Assembly (NCBI GenBank): GCA_963840035.1 | Contig: CAWIXE010000002.1 | Coordinates: 928,001 to 992,000 of the forward strand | Source: a candidate division FCPU426 bacterium | GTDB lineage: Bacteria > Oederibacteriota > PGYV01 > Palsa-1178 | Direction: 5' to 3' | DNA length: 64,000 bases | Shown: in pieces, positions 37,743-47,290 of the stretch | Position numbering within the stretch: the first letter of the stretch is position 1 | Layout: each line of letters opens with the position of its first letter | Position numbers and translations under genes: made by a program | Notes under the pieces: generated by a model | The model's input: only the letters and a program-made list of their open reading frames with translations | What the model was told of the DNA's origin: nothing | Databases searched by the model: none

Positions 37743-37934
37743 TACATAATAGTGTGTGAATTCATTTTGGCCGTTAAATATCTTTGTTATCATTATAAAC
37801 GGCTTTCTCCCTCTCCTCTCAGGAGAGGGGCGGGGGGAGGTGAAACCAATTGTCTTATTCCCCTCACCCTGCCCTCTCCCAAAGGGAGAAGGAAAAAAGA
37901 GCAAATCAATTTGCACACAATTGCTGACAGTATC
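37743..37934. repeat. About 195-bp MITE/REPIN-like element, copy B
   Basis: Aligns end to end with 13633-13827. Confidence 0.85.
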
Positions 37935-38053
37935 AAATCATTTCGTCGCATTCGCCGCATTCATCCTTGCCTTTGCCTTCATTAAATGTTATCTTTTATT
38001 AAGTCATTCCGCGTATTATTCAGCATGCGGCACACTAAACCCAGGAGACGCTC

Positions 38054-38437
38054 ATGAAGAAGAAAGCCGCTGTTTTCACGCTTATTTTTTTCAGTTTTTA
38101 TGTACTGCCCGTTTTTGCCACGGAATTAAACTTCCCGGACTATAAGGAAACTATCTCAAAGCAGCCGCAATACGCCGGATTCGGCATAGGCGGCGAGCAA
38201 TCCCTGGAGCAAAAAGTTTCTGACGACTTCAAAAAACAGACCCAGACCGGCACCTCCGACCCTGACGCGTACATAAACGTACACCAGGAAGAGTGCCACG
38301 GTGATTGCGGCATGGAACTGGAAGGAATACTAATAATAAGCGGCATTGTCGTGGTATGCACAGTCGGATTTGTCCTGATGCTGAATTTGCTCACAGGCGG
38401 GAGCAAGGTGGAGTCAAAGGCAGGGATTAGTTTTTAA
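38054..38437 (+). CDS. Hypothetical exported/membrane protein
   Basis: AGGAG RBS, signal peptide, C-terminal hydrophobic segment. Confidence 0.6.
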   Translation: MKKKAAVFTLIFFSFYVLPVFATELNFPDYKETISKQPQYAGFGIGGEQSLEQKVSDDFKKQTQTGTSDPDAYINVHQEECHGDCGMELEGILIISGIVVVCTVGFVLMLNLLTGGSKVESKAGISF

Positions 38438-38532
38438 TAGATAACGGAGGAAAAGGGACACGGGGAGACAAGAGACCAGAGACAAGAGTAAACACCACAA
38501 TTCTTATCTTCTGTCTCCTTTCTCTATTCCCT

Positions 38533-39990
38533 TTACTTATTCATCATATTTGTCAGGTCCTGTATTTTTCCCAGCATTTCCGCGGCTTTAATATTTGTCG
38601 GGTCAACGGCGAGGATGCTTTCGTACCATTTTTTTGCGTCCAGGTATTTACGGTTTTCAATTTCCTTCGCGCCGTTATCCATGTACTCCTTTATCTTCGC
38701 GTCTGTGATCCCCGGGTAAATTTTTTCCGCATCTTTTATCATTGCCAGGCCTATCTGCGTCATCCCTTTTAGTATATATGCCGCCGCGTCGTCGAACTTC
38801 AGCCCGGCCGCCCTGCGGTCAACGGCAAGGTGTATGTCTGACGCCAGTTTGTCCGTTTTCGGGTCGCCTTTTTTGTTTTCCTGCAGCAGTTTTACCTCAG
38901 CCTGCGCTTTATCTATTTTACCCGTGTTAAAATCATTAAGGGCTGTCAGGTAAAGCTGTCCATAAGACATCGCCTCCATGCCCTCGGTTAACCTTTCCTT
39001 ATCTTTTGAAAGGACGAATTTATCCTGTAGCAGCCTTTTTTCCCTTTCAGTCGGCACTTCCCCGAAGCGCGCCGTGACGCCGAAATTATGCACCACACCC
39101 GACGCGTTGAACGCGGCCGCGTAATCCAGGGTGAAGTTCTCTGTCGTAATGCCGCCGCCCGCAGTAAAGCTCTCGCTGTTTACGCCTCCCCTCACCGCGA
39201 TAAAATCAAAAGGCCTGAATTCCGCCCCGCCTGAATACCTTATGTATGACTGGCCTTTGCCCGCCGAAAAATCCCTGCCGTCGGAGAGAAGATTGATAAA
39301 AAGAGCATCGCCTGTAATGGCAACCCTTGAGTTTAAAAGATATAACGCCCCTCCCGCGCGCATATTCATCGGATAAAGCTCCACAGTGCTTCCTGTCTTA
39401 AGCTGCGGCTGTGTCACGTTTATCAGCGAGGCTGATGCCTTAAATACGCCGCCGAAATCATAGGAAGCGCCCGCGTCCAGGCCGAATCCGTTCGCGTTAT
39501 AAGTGTCAAAAGAGCGGGTAATGAGCTTAATCGTCATGCCAAACGAGAGCGAGCTCGTCACGGGATATGCGTACGTAAGCATGTATGCATCACTCCTGTC
39601 TGAAAAATCCCCGGTCTTGATACCCTCGCCGTTAATCCTTTCCACGCCTTCCACCCCCAGCTCAACCCTGGAAAAGGCCATCATGCCGTACTCCATGACA
39701 GGAAGGGCAAAACTTAAGACATTAAAATTTACCCCTTCTAGCGGCGACATATAATAAAAAGTAACCTCTGTATTCTTGACACAAGTTATCAGGGCAGGAT
39801 TAAAGTACGCTCCTGACGCGTCAAAGCAGTCTGCCGATGCGGAGTTTGCCATGCCGGCCGACCTTGCGCCGGAACCGCCCGAGTACAGGAACCCGCCTGC
39901 CGCGCCTCCGTCATAAGATACAGCAATCGCGGCTGCGGCCGCAGAAACAATGATACATGCCGTAAGAAATGATACGATTAATTTTTTCAT
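38533..39990 (-). CDS. PorV/PorQ-like beta-barrel protein with C-terminal TPR region
   Basis: FLYSGGSGARSAGMA...AYFNPA N-terminal motif, barrel strands ending LDYA...HNFGVTARFG, helical tail. Confidence 0.8.
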   Translation of the reverse strand: MKKLIVSFLTACIIVSAAAAAIAVSYDGGAAGGFLYSGGSGARSAGMANSASADCFDASGAYFNPALITCVKNTEVTFYYMSPLEGVNFNVLSFALPVMEYGMMAFSRVELGVEGVERINGEGIKTGDFSDRSDAYMLTYAYPVTSSLSFGMTIKLITRSFDTYNANGFGLDAGASYDFGGVFKASASLINVTQPQLKTGSTVELYPMNMRAGGALYLLNSRVAITGDALFINLLSDGRDFSAGKGQSYIRYSGGAEFRPFDFIAVRGGVNSESFTAGGGITTENFTLDYAAAFNASGVVHNFGVTARFGEVPTEREKRLLQDKFVLSKDKERLTEGMEAMSYGQLYLTALNDFNTGKIDKAQAEVKLLQENKKGDPKTDKLASDIHLAVDRRAAGLKFDDAAAYILKGMTQIGLAMIKDAEKIYPGITDAKIKEYMDNGAKEIENRKYLDAKKWYESILAVDPTNIKAAEMLGKIQDLTNMMNK

Positions 39991-39998
39991 GTCTCCCC

Positions 39999-41924
39999 CT
40001 ATCTCAAAACCGCTATTTTTCTTTTATATAACTTCGAACCAACTTCAACATGGCATATATATACCCCTGATTCCACAGTCATGCCGAAATCATTGCGCCC
40101 GTCCCACACCACTTTGTTTTCATATCCTGCCGCGGTTCCCTTGCCGCCTTCATCGCCTGCTTTTATGTCAAACTTCCTTACAATGACGGAAAACGGCGTC
40201 ATGACGGTTATTTTTACCCCGCTATTTTCAGCGAGCGTGTACCTTATCACCGTTTCCTCCGTTGCAGGGTTGAACGGGTTGGGATAACTGGTCAGGTTTA
40301 TGGCGTCATTTGACGAAGGCCGCGCGTTGTAATAAATATCAACCGAATCTATTACGGGCGATACAGTATTATCCTGGGTCGTCAGTGTCAGTTTATACCG
40401 GATGTACCTCTTATTGCCGAAAACCCCGGGCAGGGCCGCCGCTGCGGGGTCCGTAAACCATGTATTAGGCGTGCCGTCCGGGCCGATGTAATCCCATGTG
40501 GCGTTGTCATTATTTGCGGCGGCCTGGAACTTGACCGGCTGTGCGCCTGTCAAAGGGTCCTGGGACGCCGGCGACCATGACATGGATGTAAATGACGACT
40601 GCCCTTTTGTGTCAAAAGGCGGCGACCAGTAATTGCCCGACGGGACATATAAGGTGGAATAAGAATCAGACATGTAAACGAGAAGGTCCCGCGTCCTGTT
40701 AAAATCATCCCACGATGTGCCCGCGCCCGTAGTATATACAAGGTATGATTCCCTGCCGCCGAATGAAGCCGCGGTAAGCGCGTCTTCGCTGAAGACCGAA
40801 TTTTGCGACGCGTTCCTGTATATCTGCGACCCTTTTAGCGTGTAATAACCCGCGGAGCTTGAGCCGGAAGACTTGAAAAATATCCTGTAAGTGTGATTGC
40901 CCACAAAGCTGACCGGATTGATGAGCGTATAATTTATCCAGGAAAATCCAGGGAATATATTTGTTTTAGACAGGAAAATCTCGTCCGTCAGCATGACCAC
41001 CGACAGCGGGTTTGTTATATCCTGTATCACCACATGAAGGTCATCCGCCGGGGCCGCGCCGCCCGACTGCGCGTACGCCCTTACTTTGATTATGGTGGCC
41101 GGGTTTTTGACCTGGAAATCCTGGCCCACAAAAAAATTACCGTAAACGTTCGTATCCACATATGATGAATACGGGTTACCGATATAGCTAACCGGCCTGC
41201 CGGAAGCGTCCAGATAACCGCCAAGAGGGTCAAGGTATTCAAGGATGAAAACCGGCTGATTTCCGCTATTTTCCGACCAGTTCAAACCGGCGTCAATTGA
41301 CTGTAGTATCTGCTGATACGGGTCATTATGCGGATAAGTCGCAAAAAACATGTTATTAGGTGTGGTTGACCGGGGCTTGAGGTAATTTGACCCGTCAAGC
41401 CCCGAGAGCCCCTTTAAAAAGAGATGATACGGGGTATTCGCGCTCAAGACAGCGTCCGAAGTGAACGACACCCTGACATAGTAAGAACTGCCAGGCGCAA
41501 GCGTATTGTGCGCTTCATTATGTGTGCCGGGGCTCAGCCACTGGGCTATAACGGGTGAAGTGCCTCCGTAAGAATCCGCGAGTATGCCGCACTCGTATGA
41601 CCCCGTGCTTCCTATCCATTGCCCGTAGATGACCGCTGCGGTCACAGTCAAATGAAGAGGAAGCGAAAATGCCATTGCCAGCCTGTCGCCAGGGTTATAC
41701 AACAGGTAATCAGTATAACCCGCTACTATGAACCCATTGCCAGGCATGGAAAACTGGCCTGACTTCAGTTTTATGGACGCCCCGGCGCCGGTGTTTACCA
41801 CTGCCGCGGCGTTAAGCGACCCTCCGTAGAAATCCGAATCAGTGGTCTGCCTTATGACATCGGCAAAACAACTAGCCGCAAAAATCAGCGTTAAAAAAAC
41901 TCCAAACACGGTTTTAATTATCAT
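39999..41924 (-). CDS. Secreted protein with FlgD-Ig / T9SS-CTD-like C-terminus
   Basis: SYPNPFNP...WDGRNDFG...SGVYI...KIAVLR. Confidence 0.8.
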   Translation of the reverse strand: MIIKTVFGVFLTLIFAASCFADVIRQTTDSDFYGGSLNAAAVVNTGAGASIKLKSGQFSMPGNGFIVAGYTDYLLYNPGDRLAMAFSLPLHLTVTAAVIYGQWIGSTGSYECGILADSYGGTSPVIAQWLSPGTHNEAHNTLAPGSSYYVRVSFTSDAVLSANTPYHLFLKGLSGLDGSNYLKPRSTTPNNMFFATYPHNDPYQQILQSIDAGLNWSENSGNQPVFILEYLDPLGGYLDASGRPVSYIGNPYSSYVDTNVYGNFFVGQDFQVKNPATIIKVRAYAQSGGAAPADDLHVVIQDITNPLSVVMLTDEIFLSKTNIFPGFSWINYTLINPVSFVGNHTYRIFFKSSGSSSAGYYTLKGSQIYRNASQNSVFSEDALTAASFGGRESYLVYTTGAGTSWDDFNRTRDLLVYMSDSYSTLYVPSGNYWSPPFDTKGQSSFTSMSWSPASQDPLTGAQPVKFQAAANNDNATWDYIGPDGTPNTWFTDPAAAALPGVFGNKRYIRYKLTLTTQDNTVSPVIDSVDIYYNARPSSNDAINLTSYPNPFNPATEETVIRYTLAENSGVKITVMTPFSVIVRKFDIKAGDEGGKGTAAGYENKVVWDGRNDFGMTVESGVYICHVEVGSKLYKRKIAVLR

Positions 41925-43103
41925 ACTGCCCCCTTTTTTACCGTCATCAATGTTAAAACACGGTCAGCCTCTGAAGCGGTTTTGGGCGTCAGCCCGGCAA
42001 ATTTAGCCTCTTTTAGCAGTTTGAGTCCGTTAATTGCGGCAGCCGCCAGCTTCCCGTCGGTTTCAGAAATATGTTTTAAAAGTATTTTAGCCCCGCGTTC
42101 AGAACGCACCCATCCCATGACATGAAGCGCCGCCACGCGCTGCTGCCTGTCTCCGGAAGCCATTTTTTCAAGCACCGACATACCTTTGTTTATGTCAAAA
42201 CCGGCAAGAGCCCTCGCTGCGTTTGCCGATATGAGCGCGTCCCTGTCGTATAACAGCGGTTCAAGCAGCCTGGCTGCGGCGCGCTTTTGCCCTTCGTTTC
42301 CCAGCATTTCCGCTTCCAGGATTATCAATCCTTTTGACCTGACCGCGAGGTACGGATTTTTTAACAGGCGTTCCATCTCAGCCGGCGCCTTCGATAATCC
42401 GGCTGATATGAGCGACGCCGCATACGCCGGGTCTTTCTGCGGGTTCTCCGTTTTCCTGCCGCCGGATAGGGTCCACTTTACCCTTTCGAGCTCCACGCGC
42501 TGCGAATATATATCGCGTTCACGCGCTTCCGCAAGCTTATCAAATCCGCGGAGCACGGCGAGAAAAAGTATAAGTATTCCGACCCCAAAAGCGGCGATAA
42601 GCCATGTAACCTCAGTCCTGGAGAGTGTTTCATTTCCCGTGGATGTTTCTACAGGCGGTTTATTGCCAAGGTAAGCGCCCGCCATGAATTTTACCAGGTC
42701 CTTTTGTTCCTGCTCTCCGGGAACGGCGACCGCCATCCGGCTTATACCTTTCCTCAAATGCGTCCTTCACAAAACCGTAAAGCCTGTCGACCTGCGGGTC
42801 CGCCGGGAGAAGTTGTTTCGCCTCTTTTATGTCGATAAAACTTTTTTCCACTTCATTGCCGTAAAAAAAGTCTGACGAGCGTTGAACCAGCAGCCTTGCG
42901 AGGATTTTTTTCGCCGTAACATTGTCAGGCGCGTATTTCAGGGATTTTTCCATGGATGATATGGCCTCGTCCCTGCTGCCCTGAAGGTATTCGCTGACAG
43001 ACCTGTCATAAAATATCTGCCCCAGGTTTGAGTTGTCAGCCATGGCGGGATAAGCAACCAACAACGCCATAAATAACGCGCTTAAAATGTTCTTTTTACA
43101 CAT
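41921..43103 (-). pseudogene. TPR, TM and HEAT-repeat protein apparently split by a frameshift near 42735-42760
   Basis: ORF 42660-43103 (signal plus TPR) and ORF 41921-42757 (TM plus HEAT) overlap by 98 nt in different frames. Confidence 0.55.
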
Positions 43104-43356
43104 AGTAACCCCTCCCGATAAATTGAATCAGCATTTGGATGTATTAAAATAAGCGAAGTTTTAGCATTATTTAGGATGCCGGAGTTTTAGCAATTTGAGC
43201 GTGTAGGTTTGAATTTGTTACAGACTAATTATATCATATGTTTTCCCTTTTTCCAGTTAATGTCAGCCGGCAGTAAAATCCGTCTTGACGAAAAGTCCGT
43301 GAAAACATATACTTAATGGTCGTGAGGCCTTAAAAACACCAAAAATCGAGGTTATA

Positions 43357-45615
43357 ATGGTCAAAGAACATATCAAAAATAAGGTTAAAGAACAGACTGA
43401 ATTGCCGGGAAACAGGATTGTCATATGGTGCGACAGGCTAATATTCTGGCTCCTTCTTGCTACAGTTTTTATAATACCCATCTATTTTAATATTTATTCC
43501 TTTGACCAGTTCGAGATGCCCAAACTCACGCTTTTACGCCTTTTGACCTGCGCCATGCTCGCTTTATGGGCTGTAAAAACTTTTGAAACCGGCAAATTTG
43601 AATTTACCCCTACGCCGCTCGACTTCCCTCTTATCGCATGGGTTGTAATGAACATAGTGACCACAGTATCAAGCTTCGCGCCGGCTTTAAGTTTCAGGGG
43701 TGAATATGAGAATTTCGCGGGTTCGCTTTCAAACATCAACTACGTCATAATCTATTACTTAGCGGTTAATGCAGTTAAAGACAAAAAACACCTTACGGCA
43801 CTGACGTTATCCGCGATGCTCTCCGGTGTTTTTGTCACGTTATACGCAACCGCGCAGTATTTTGGCTTTGATTTCATAAAATGGAACGAAGGCTCCATGA
43901 TACAGGGCCGTTATTTCGCCTCCATGGGCAACCCCAATTTTCTGGGCGCGTTCCTCATAATGATAATTCCCTTCTATGCCGCGTATTTCATTACAAACCT
44001 GAGGTCAAAAAAGTATTCCATGCTCGTCATGCTTGGCATTATGTTCATTCTCTCATACATCGCGCTTGTGGGCACGCAGAGCCGCGGGCCGTTCCTCGGT
44101 TTCATAGCGTCAATCCTGGCACTGCTTGCGTACTGGATGTATAACCAGTACAAAGATAAATCCGTCCAGCCTGAGTTTTCCGGCAAACCTTTTAAGGATG
44201 TATTTATGGCGGGCTTCTTTTCAAATAAAAGGCTCATAGCAACCGCACTTTCGGTAATACTGGTCGCCGGCGTTTTAAGCGCCACATTCGGCAGGGACGC
44301 CACAAAAAGGATCTGGAACACATTAACGCACTTAAATGAAAGTTTTTCCACTTCCCGCCTCCATATATGGCTGCCTGCGCTGAAGATAATAAAGGAATAC
44401 CCTGTTTTCGGAACCGGGGTTGACACATTTAAAACCGTCTTCCCTAAATTTGAAGGCGTTGATTTCGCGCAGATAGACGGCGCCAATGTCTCCTCAAGGA
44501 CGGCGCATAACGAACTCTTAAACATCGGCGCGACCATGGGTTTAACTTCGCTTGGCATATACCTTCTGCTTATAACAGCTTTCCTTCTTGCCTGGATATC
44601 ATCACATAAGCGCCTGACTGACCCTGACCTTAAACTTATTTCAATGGCTGTTATTTCAGCCTTTACAGCCTACTTTGTGCAGAACCTCTTTTCTTTCGGC
44701 GTCGCTGCCATAAACACGCTTCTTTATGTACTTTTCGCCGTACAGATGTATTTATATAACAGCGGCTACGGAGTTAAACAGCGCGCCATAACCCTTCTAA
44801 AAACAGGCGGCAACGGTTTTGCCGTTGCTAAAACATTACTGCAGGCCGTTTCCATAGCCGTATTCCTGTATGCCGGTTATATGGCATACTCCATTTACAG
44901 CGCGGATGTGCACTACAACCGCGGTAAAATTTACGGCAACTACAAAAACGACTGGAAAAACGCCGTAACAGAACACATCGAATCGGTAAAGGAAGCTCCG
45001 GGAGAGGTTAAATACCCTGTTTACCTCGGCCTGGCTTATGAGAGATATGCAAATCAGATAACTGATAAACCCGCCCAGATACAATTACTGCATAAAGCCC
45101 TGGACGCGTACAGCGAAGGGGTAAAACTTAATTCCGGAAACTCCTATTACTGGGGAAACCTCGGCAGGACCTATTTCCTCCTGGCCAAGGCGGAAAACCC
45201 GTCATACCTGGAGCAGGCCATACAGAGCTACAGGACCGCCATAGAAAAAGCGCCGGTTACAGGCATCTTTTACAATAACCTGATAGAAATATATCTGGCT
45301 GTAGGCTCGATGGAGAACGCCATGCCGCTTATTCAACAGCTAACAATATATGATAAAAAGCTCGCCGCAAATTCATACTTCATGCTCGGCAACTTCTATT
45401 TTGGCAAAAGGAACCTTGCTGAAGCTGAAGTAGCCTATAGAAAATCACTCGAAATGGACCCGGACCTTACGCAGTCATATTACAATCTGGGTATTGTATG
45501 CGCGGAAAGACGCGATAAAGAATGCGTGAAGTACTGCATGGAGACATTCCTGGCGAAAGCGCCTGATACGGAGATGTCTCCGAAGGCGCGGGAGATTTTA
45601 GGGCGGTTTAGGTAG
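43357..45615 (+). CDS. O-antigen ligase (Wzy_C) family protein with TPR C-terminus
   Basis: SMGNPNFLGAFL, TQSRG, RLHIW...FGTGVDTF, AHNELL, terminal TPRs. Confidence 0.88.
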   Translation: MVKEHIKNKVKEQTELPGNRIVIWCDRLIFWLLLATVFIIPIYFNIYSFDQFEMPKLTLLRLLTCAMLALWAVKTFETGKFEFTPTPLDFPLIAWVVMNIVTTVSSFAPALSFRGEYENFAGSLSNINYVIIYYLAVNAVKDKKHLTALTLSAMLSGVFVTLYATAQYFGFDFIKWNEGSMIQGRYFASMGNPNFLGAFLIMIIPFYAAYFITNLRSKKYSMLVMLGIMFILSYIALVGTQSRGPFLGFIASILALLAYWMYNQYKDKSVQPEFSGKPFKDVFMAGFFSNKRLIATALSVILVAGVLSATFGRDATKRIWNTLTHLNESFSTSRLHIWLPALKIIKEYPVFGTGVDTFKTVFPKFEGVDFAQIDGANVSSRTAHNELLNIGATMGLTSLGIYLLLITAFLLAWISSHKRLTDPDLKLISMAVISAFTAYFVQNLFSFGVAAINTLLYVLFAVQMYLYNSGYGVKQRAITLLKTGGNGFAVAKTLLQAVSIAVFLYAGYMAYSIYSADVHYNRGKIYGNYKNDWKNAVTEHIESVKEAPGEVKYPVYLGLAYERYANQITDKPAQIQLLHKALDAYSEGVKLNSGNSYYWGNLGRTYFLLAKAENPSYLEQAIQSYRTAIEKAPVTGIFYNNLIEIYLAVGSMENAMPLIQQLTIYDKKLAANSYFMLGNFYFGKRNLAEAEVAYRKSLEMDPDLTQSYYNLGIVCAERRDKECVKYCMETFLAKAPDTEMSPKAREILGRFR

Positions 45616-45622
45616 TTTTAAA

Positions 45623-45703
45623 CCTTAACCCTTATCCTTATCCTTAGCCTGTAGACCTAAAGTCTAAGAGCTAAGGTTAAGGGTAAGGGTTTAGGGTTAA
45701 GGT
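45623..45703. repeat. Inverted hexamer-repeat hairpin
   Basis: (ccttaa/ccttat)n ... (ttaagg/ttaggg)n. Confidence 0.75.
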
Positions 45704-45720
45704 AAATATAAAACCAACAC

Positions 45721-45754
45721 AAAAAAAAGGCGGCTTTTCAGCCGCCTTTTTTTT
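45721..45754. terminator. Bidirectional intrinsic terminator
   Basis: A8-ggcggct-tttc-agccgcc-T8 between convergent genes. Confidence 0.9.
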
Positions 45755-45766
45755 GTACATGTAATC

Positions 45767-47137
45767 TTAAAAAGCCCCTTTTGGGCTGATTTTTCTCGCT
45801 TTTTTAAATATATCCGCGGCTTCAGCTTTACGGCCCTCTTTTTCATACACAGTCGCAAGGCCTATCAACGCGTCCGCGAAATTCTCATTCAAGTCCCTGG
45901 CTTTTTTAAAGTTTTTCTTTGCGTCTTTAATTTTATCCTGCCTGAAATAAACCCATCCGATTCCCACAAACGCATCCGGATTAAGCGGGTTGACTTCTAT
46001 GGCCTTTAAGAATTCCCTTTCAGCGTCCTTTAAGCGTTCTTTTTTATTTGAGAACCACTTGTAATAAACCCAGCCCAAGCCTATGTGTATGTCAGACTGC
46101 TCCGGGTTTAATTCAATGCCTTTCATAAAGGAACGCTCGGCAGCTTCAAGGTCATCCTTGTGGTAAAGCACCCAGCCCAAGCCCGTATGTGCGTCGCCGT
46201 AATTAACATCGGTCTTTATGGCTGATTTGAATTCTTTTTCAGCGGCGTTTAATTCACTCTCGCCTAAAAGGAACATCCTGTAATATGTCCAGCCAAGGCC
46301 GACAAAAGCGTCAAGGTCGTTTTTCCTGATCTCTTTTACCTTAAAAAATTCTGTCTCAGCTTCTTCATACCTGTTTTGTTTGTAATATACCCAGCCGAGG
46401 CCAACGTATATTTCGGATTCCTGGGGTTTCAGCGTAAGGGCTTTTAAGAATGCCTTTTCAGCCGATTTATATTCGCCTTTAAGGTAATAAAGCCATCCAA
46501 GCCCCGTGTGGGCGTCAGCGTATTTCGGGTTGATGCTAAGCGCTTTTTTATGTTCCGCTTCAGCCTCGGTCATTTTACCCTGGCTTACATAAACCCCGCC
46601 GAGGCCCAGATGCGCGTCAGCGTAATGCGGCTTGATGGAAATGGCTTTTTTAAATGAGGCACCCGCTTCGTTTATCTTTTCATTATTGTAATATATCCTT
46701 CCGAGTATGATATGGGCGCTCGCGTACTTAGGGTCTTTTTCAACGGCCATTTTTATGTAAGTTTCCGCTTCATCGAGCCTTCCCATCTGGTAATATATGT
46801 CTCCAAAACAGAAATTAGCGTTGGAAAAATCAGGATTTACAGCCACGGCCTTTTTTAATTCAGCTTCAGCTTCTTTATACTTTCCTTCAGTCGCGTACAC
46901 TCTGGCAAGCGCTACATAAGCGTCCGCGTATGTTTTTTCTTCCTTAATGGCTTTTTTGGCCTCTTCTTCGACTTCTTCAAGCTGTTCTTTTGTGCCATAT
47001 ACGCTGCACAAACAAGTAGGAGGGTCCGGAGTACCGAACCGGGGGTCGTTTTTCTGCTTTTTCAGCAGTTCTTTATAGAGTTTTATGAGATTGTCTTTGT
47101 CGGGCACGTTATCCTCCGGAATATTTTTTAACTTCAA
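45767..47137 (-). CDS. TPR repeat protein (about 11 TPRs)
   Basis: Repeated ADAHTGLGWxYY...AEKEFLKAI units. Confidence 0.9.
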   Translation of the reverse strand: MKLKNIPEDNVPDKDNLIKLYKELLKKQKNDPRFGTPDPPTCLCSVYGTKEQLEEVEEEAKKAIKEEKTYADAYVALARVYATEGKYKEAEAELKKAVAVNPDFSNANFCFGDIYYQMGRLDEAETYIKMAVEKDPKYASAHIILGRIYYNNEKINEAGASFKKAISIKPHYADAHLGLGGVYVSQGKMTEAEAEHKKALSINPKYADAHTGLGWLYYLKGEYKSAEKAFLKALTLKPQESEIYVGLGWVYYKQNRYEEAETEFFKVKEIRKNDLDAFVGLGWTYYRMFLLGESELNAAEKEFKSAIKTDVNYGDAHTGLGWVLYHKDDLEAAERSFMKGIELNPEQSDIHIGLGWVYYKWFSNKKERLKDAEREFLKAIEVNPLNPDAFVGIGWVYFRQDKIKDAKKNFKKARDLNENFADALIGLATVYEKEGRKAEAADIFKKARKISPKGAF

Positions 47138-47251
47138 TATATTATCAATTATATGTTAGTTTGGCAATAAGTATTTTTAGGGCGGATTTTCGATTCTAAA
47201 TTTTCAATTTTCGATTAATTACATGCTTAAGCAAAACGCCTCCATAAACCA

Positions 47252-47282
47252 TGCCTTGCGCAGCCTGAAGGATGCGGCTACC
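47252..47282. repeat. GTAG-type REP, family D
   Basis: tgccttgcgcagcctgaaggatgcggctacc, near-identical to 49262-49292. Confidence 0.75.
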
Positions 47283-47290
47283 AGCGTATT

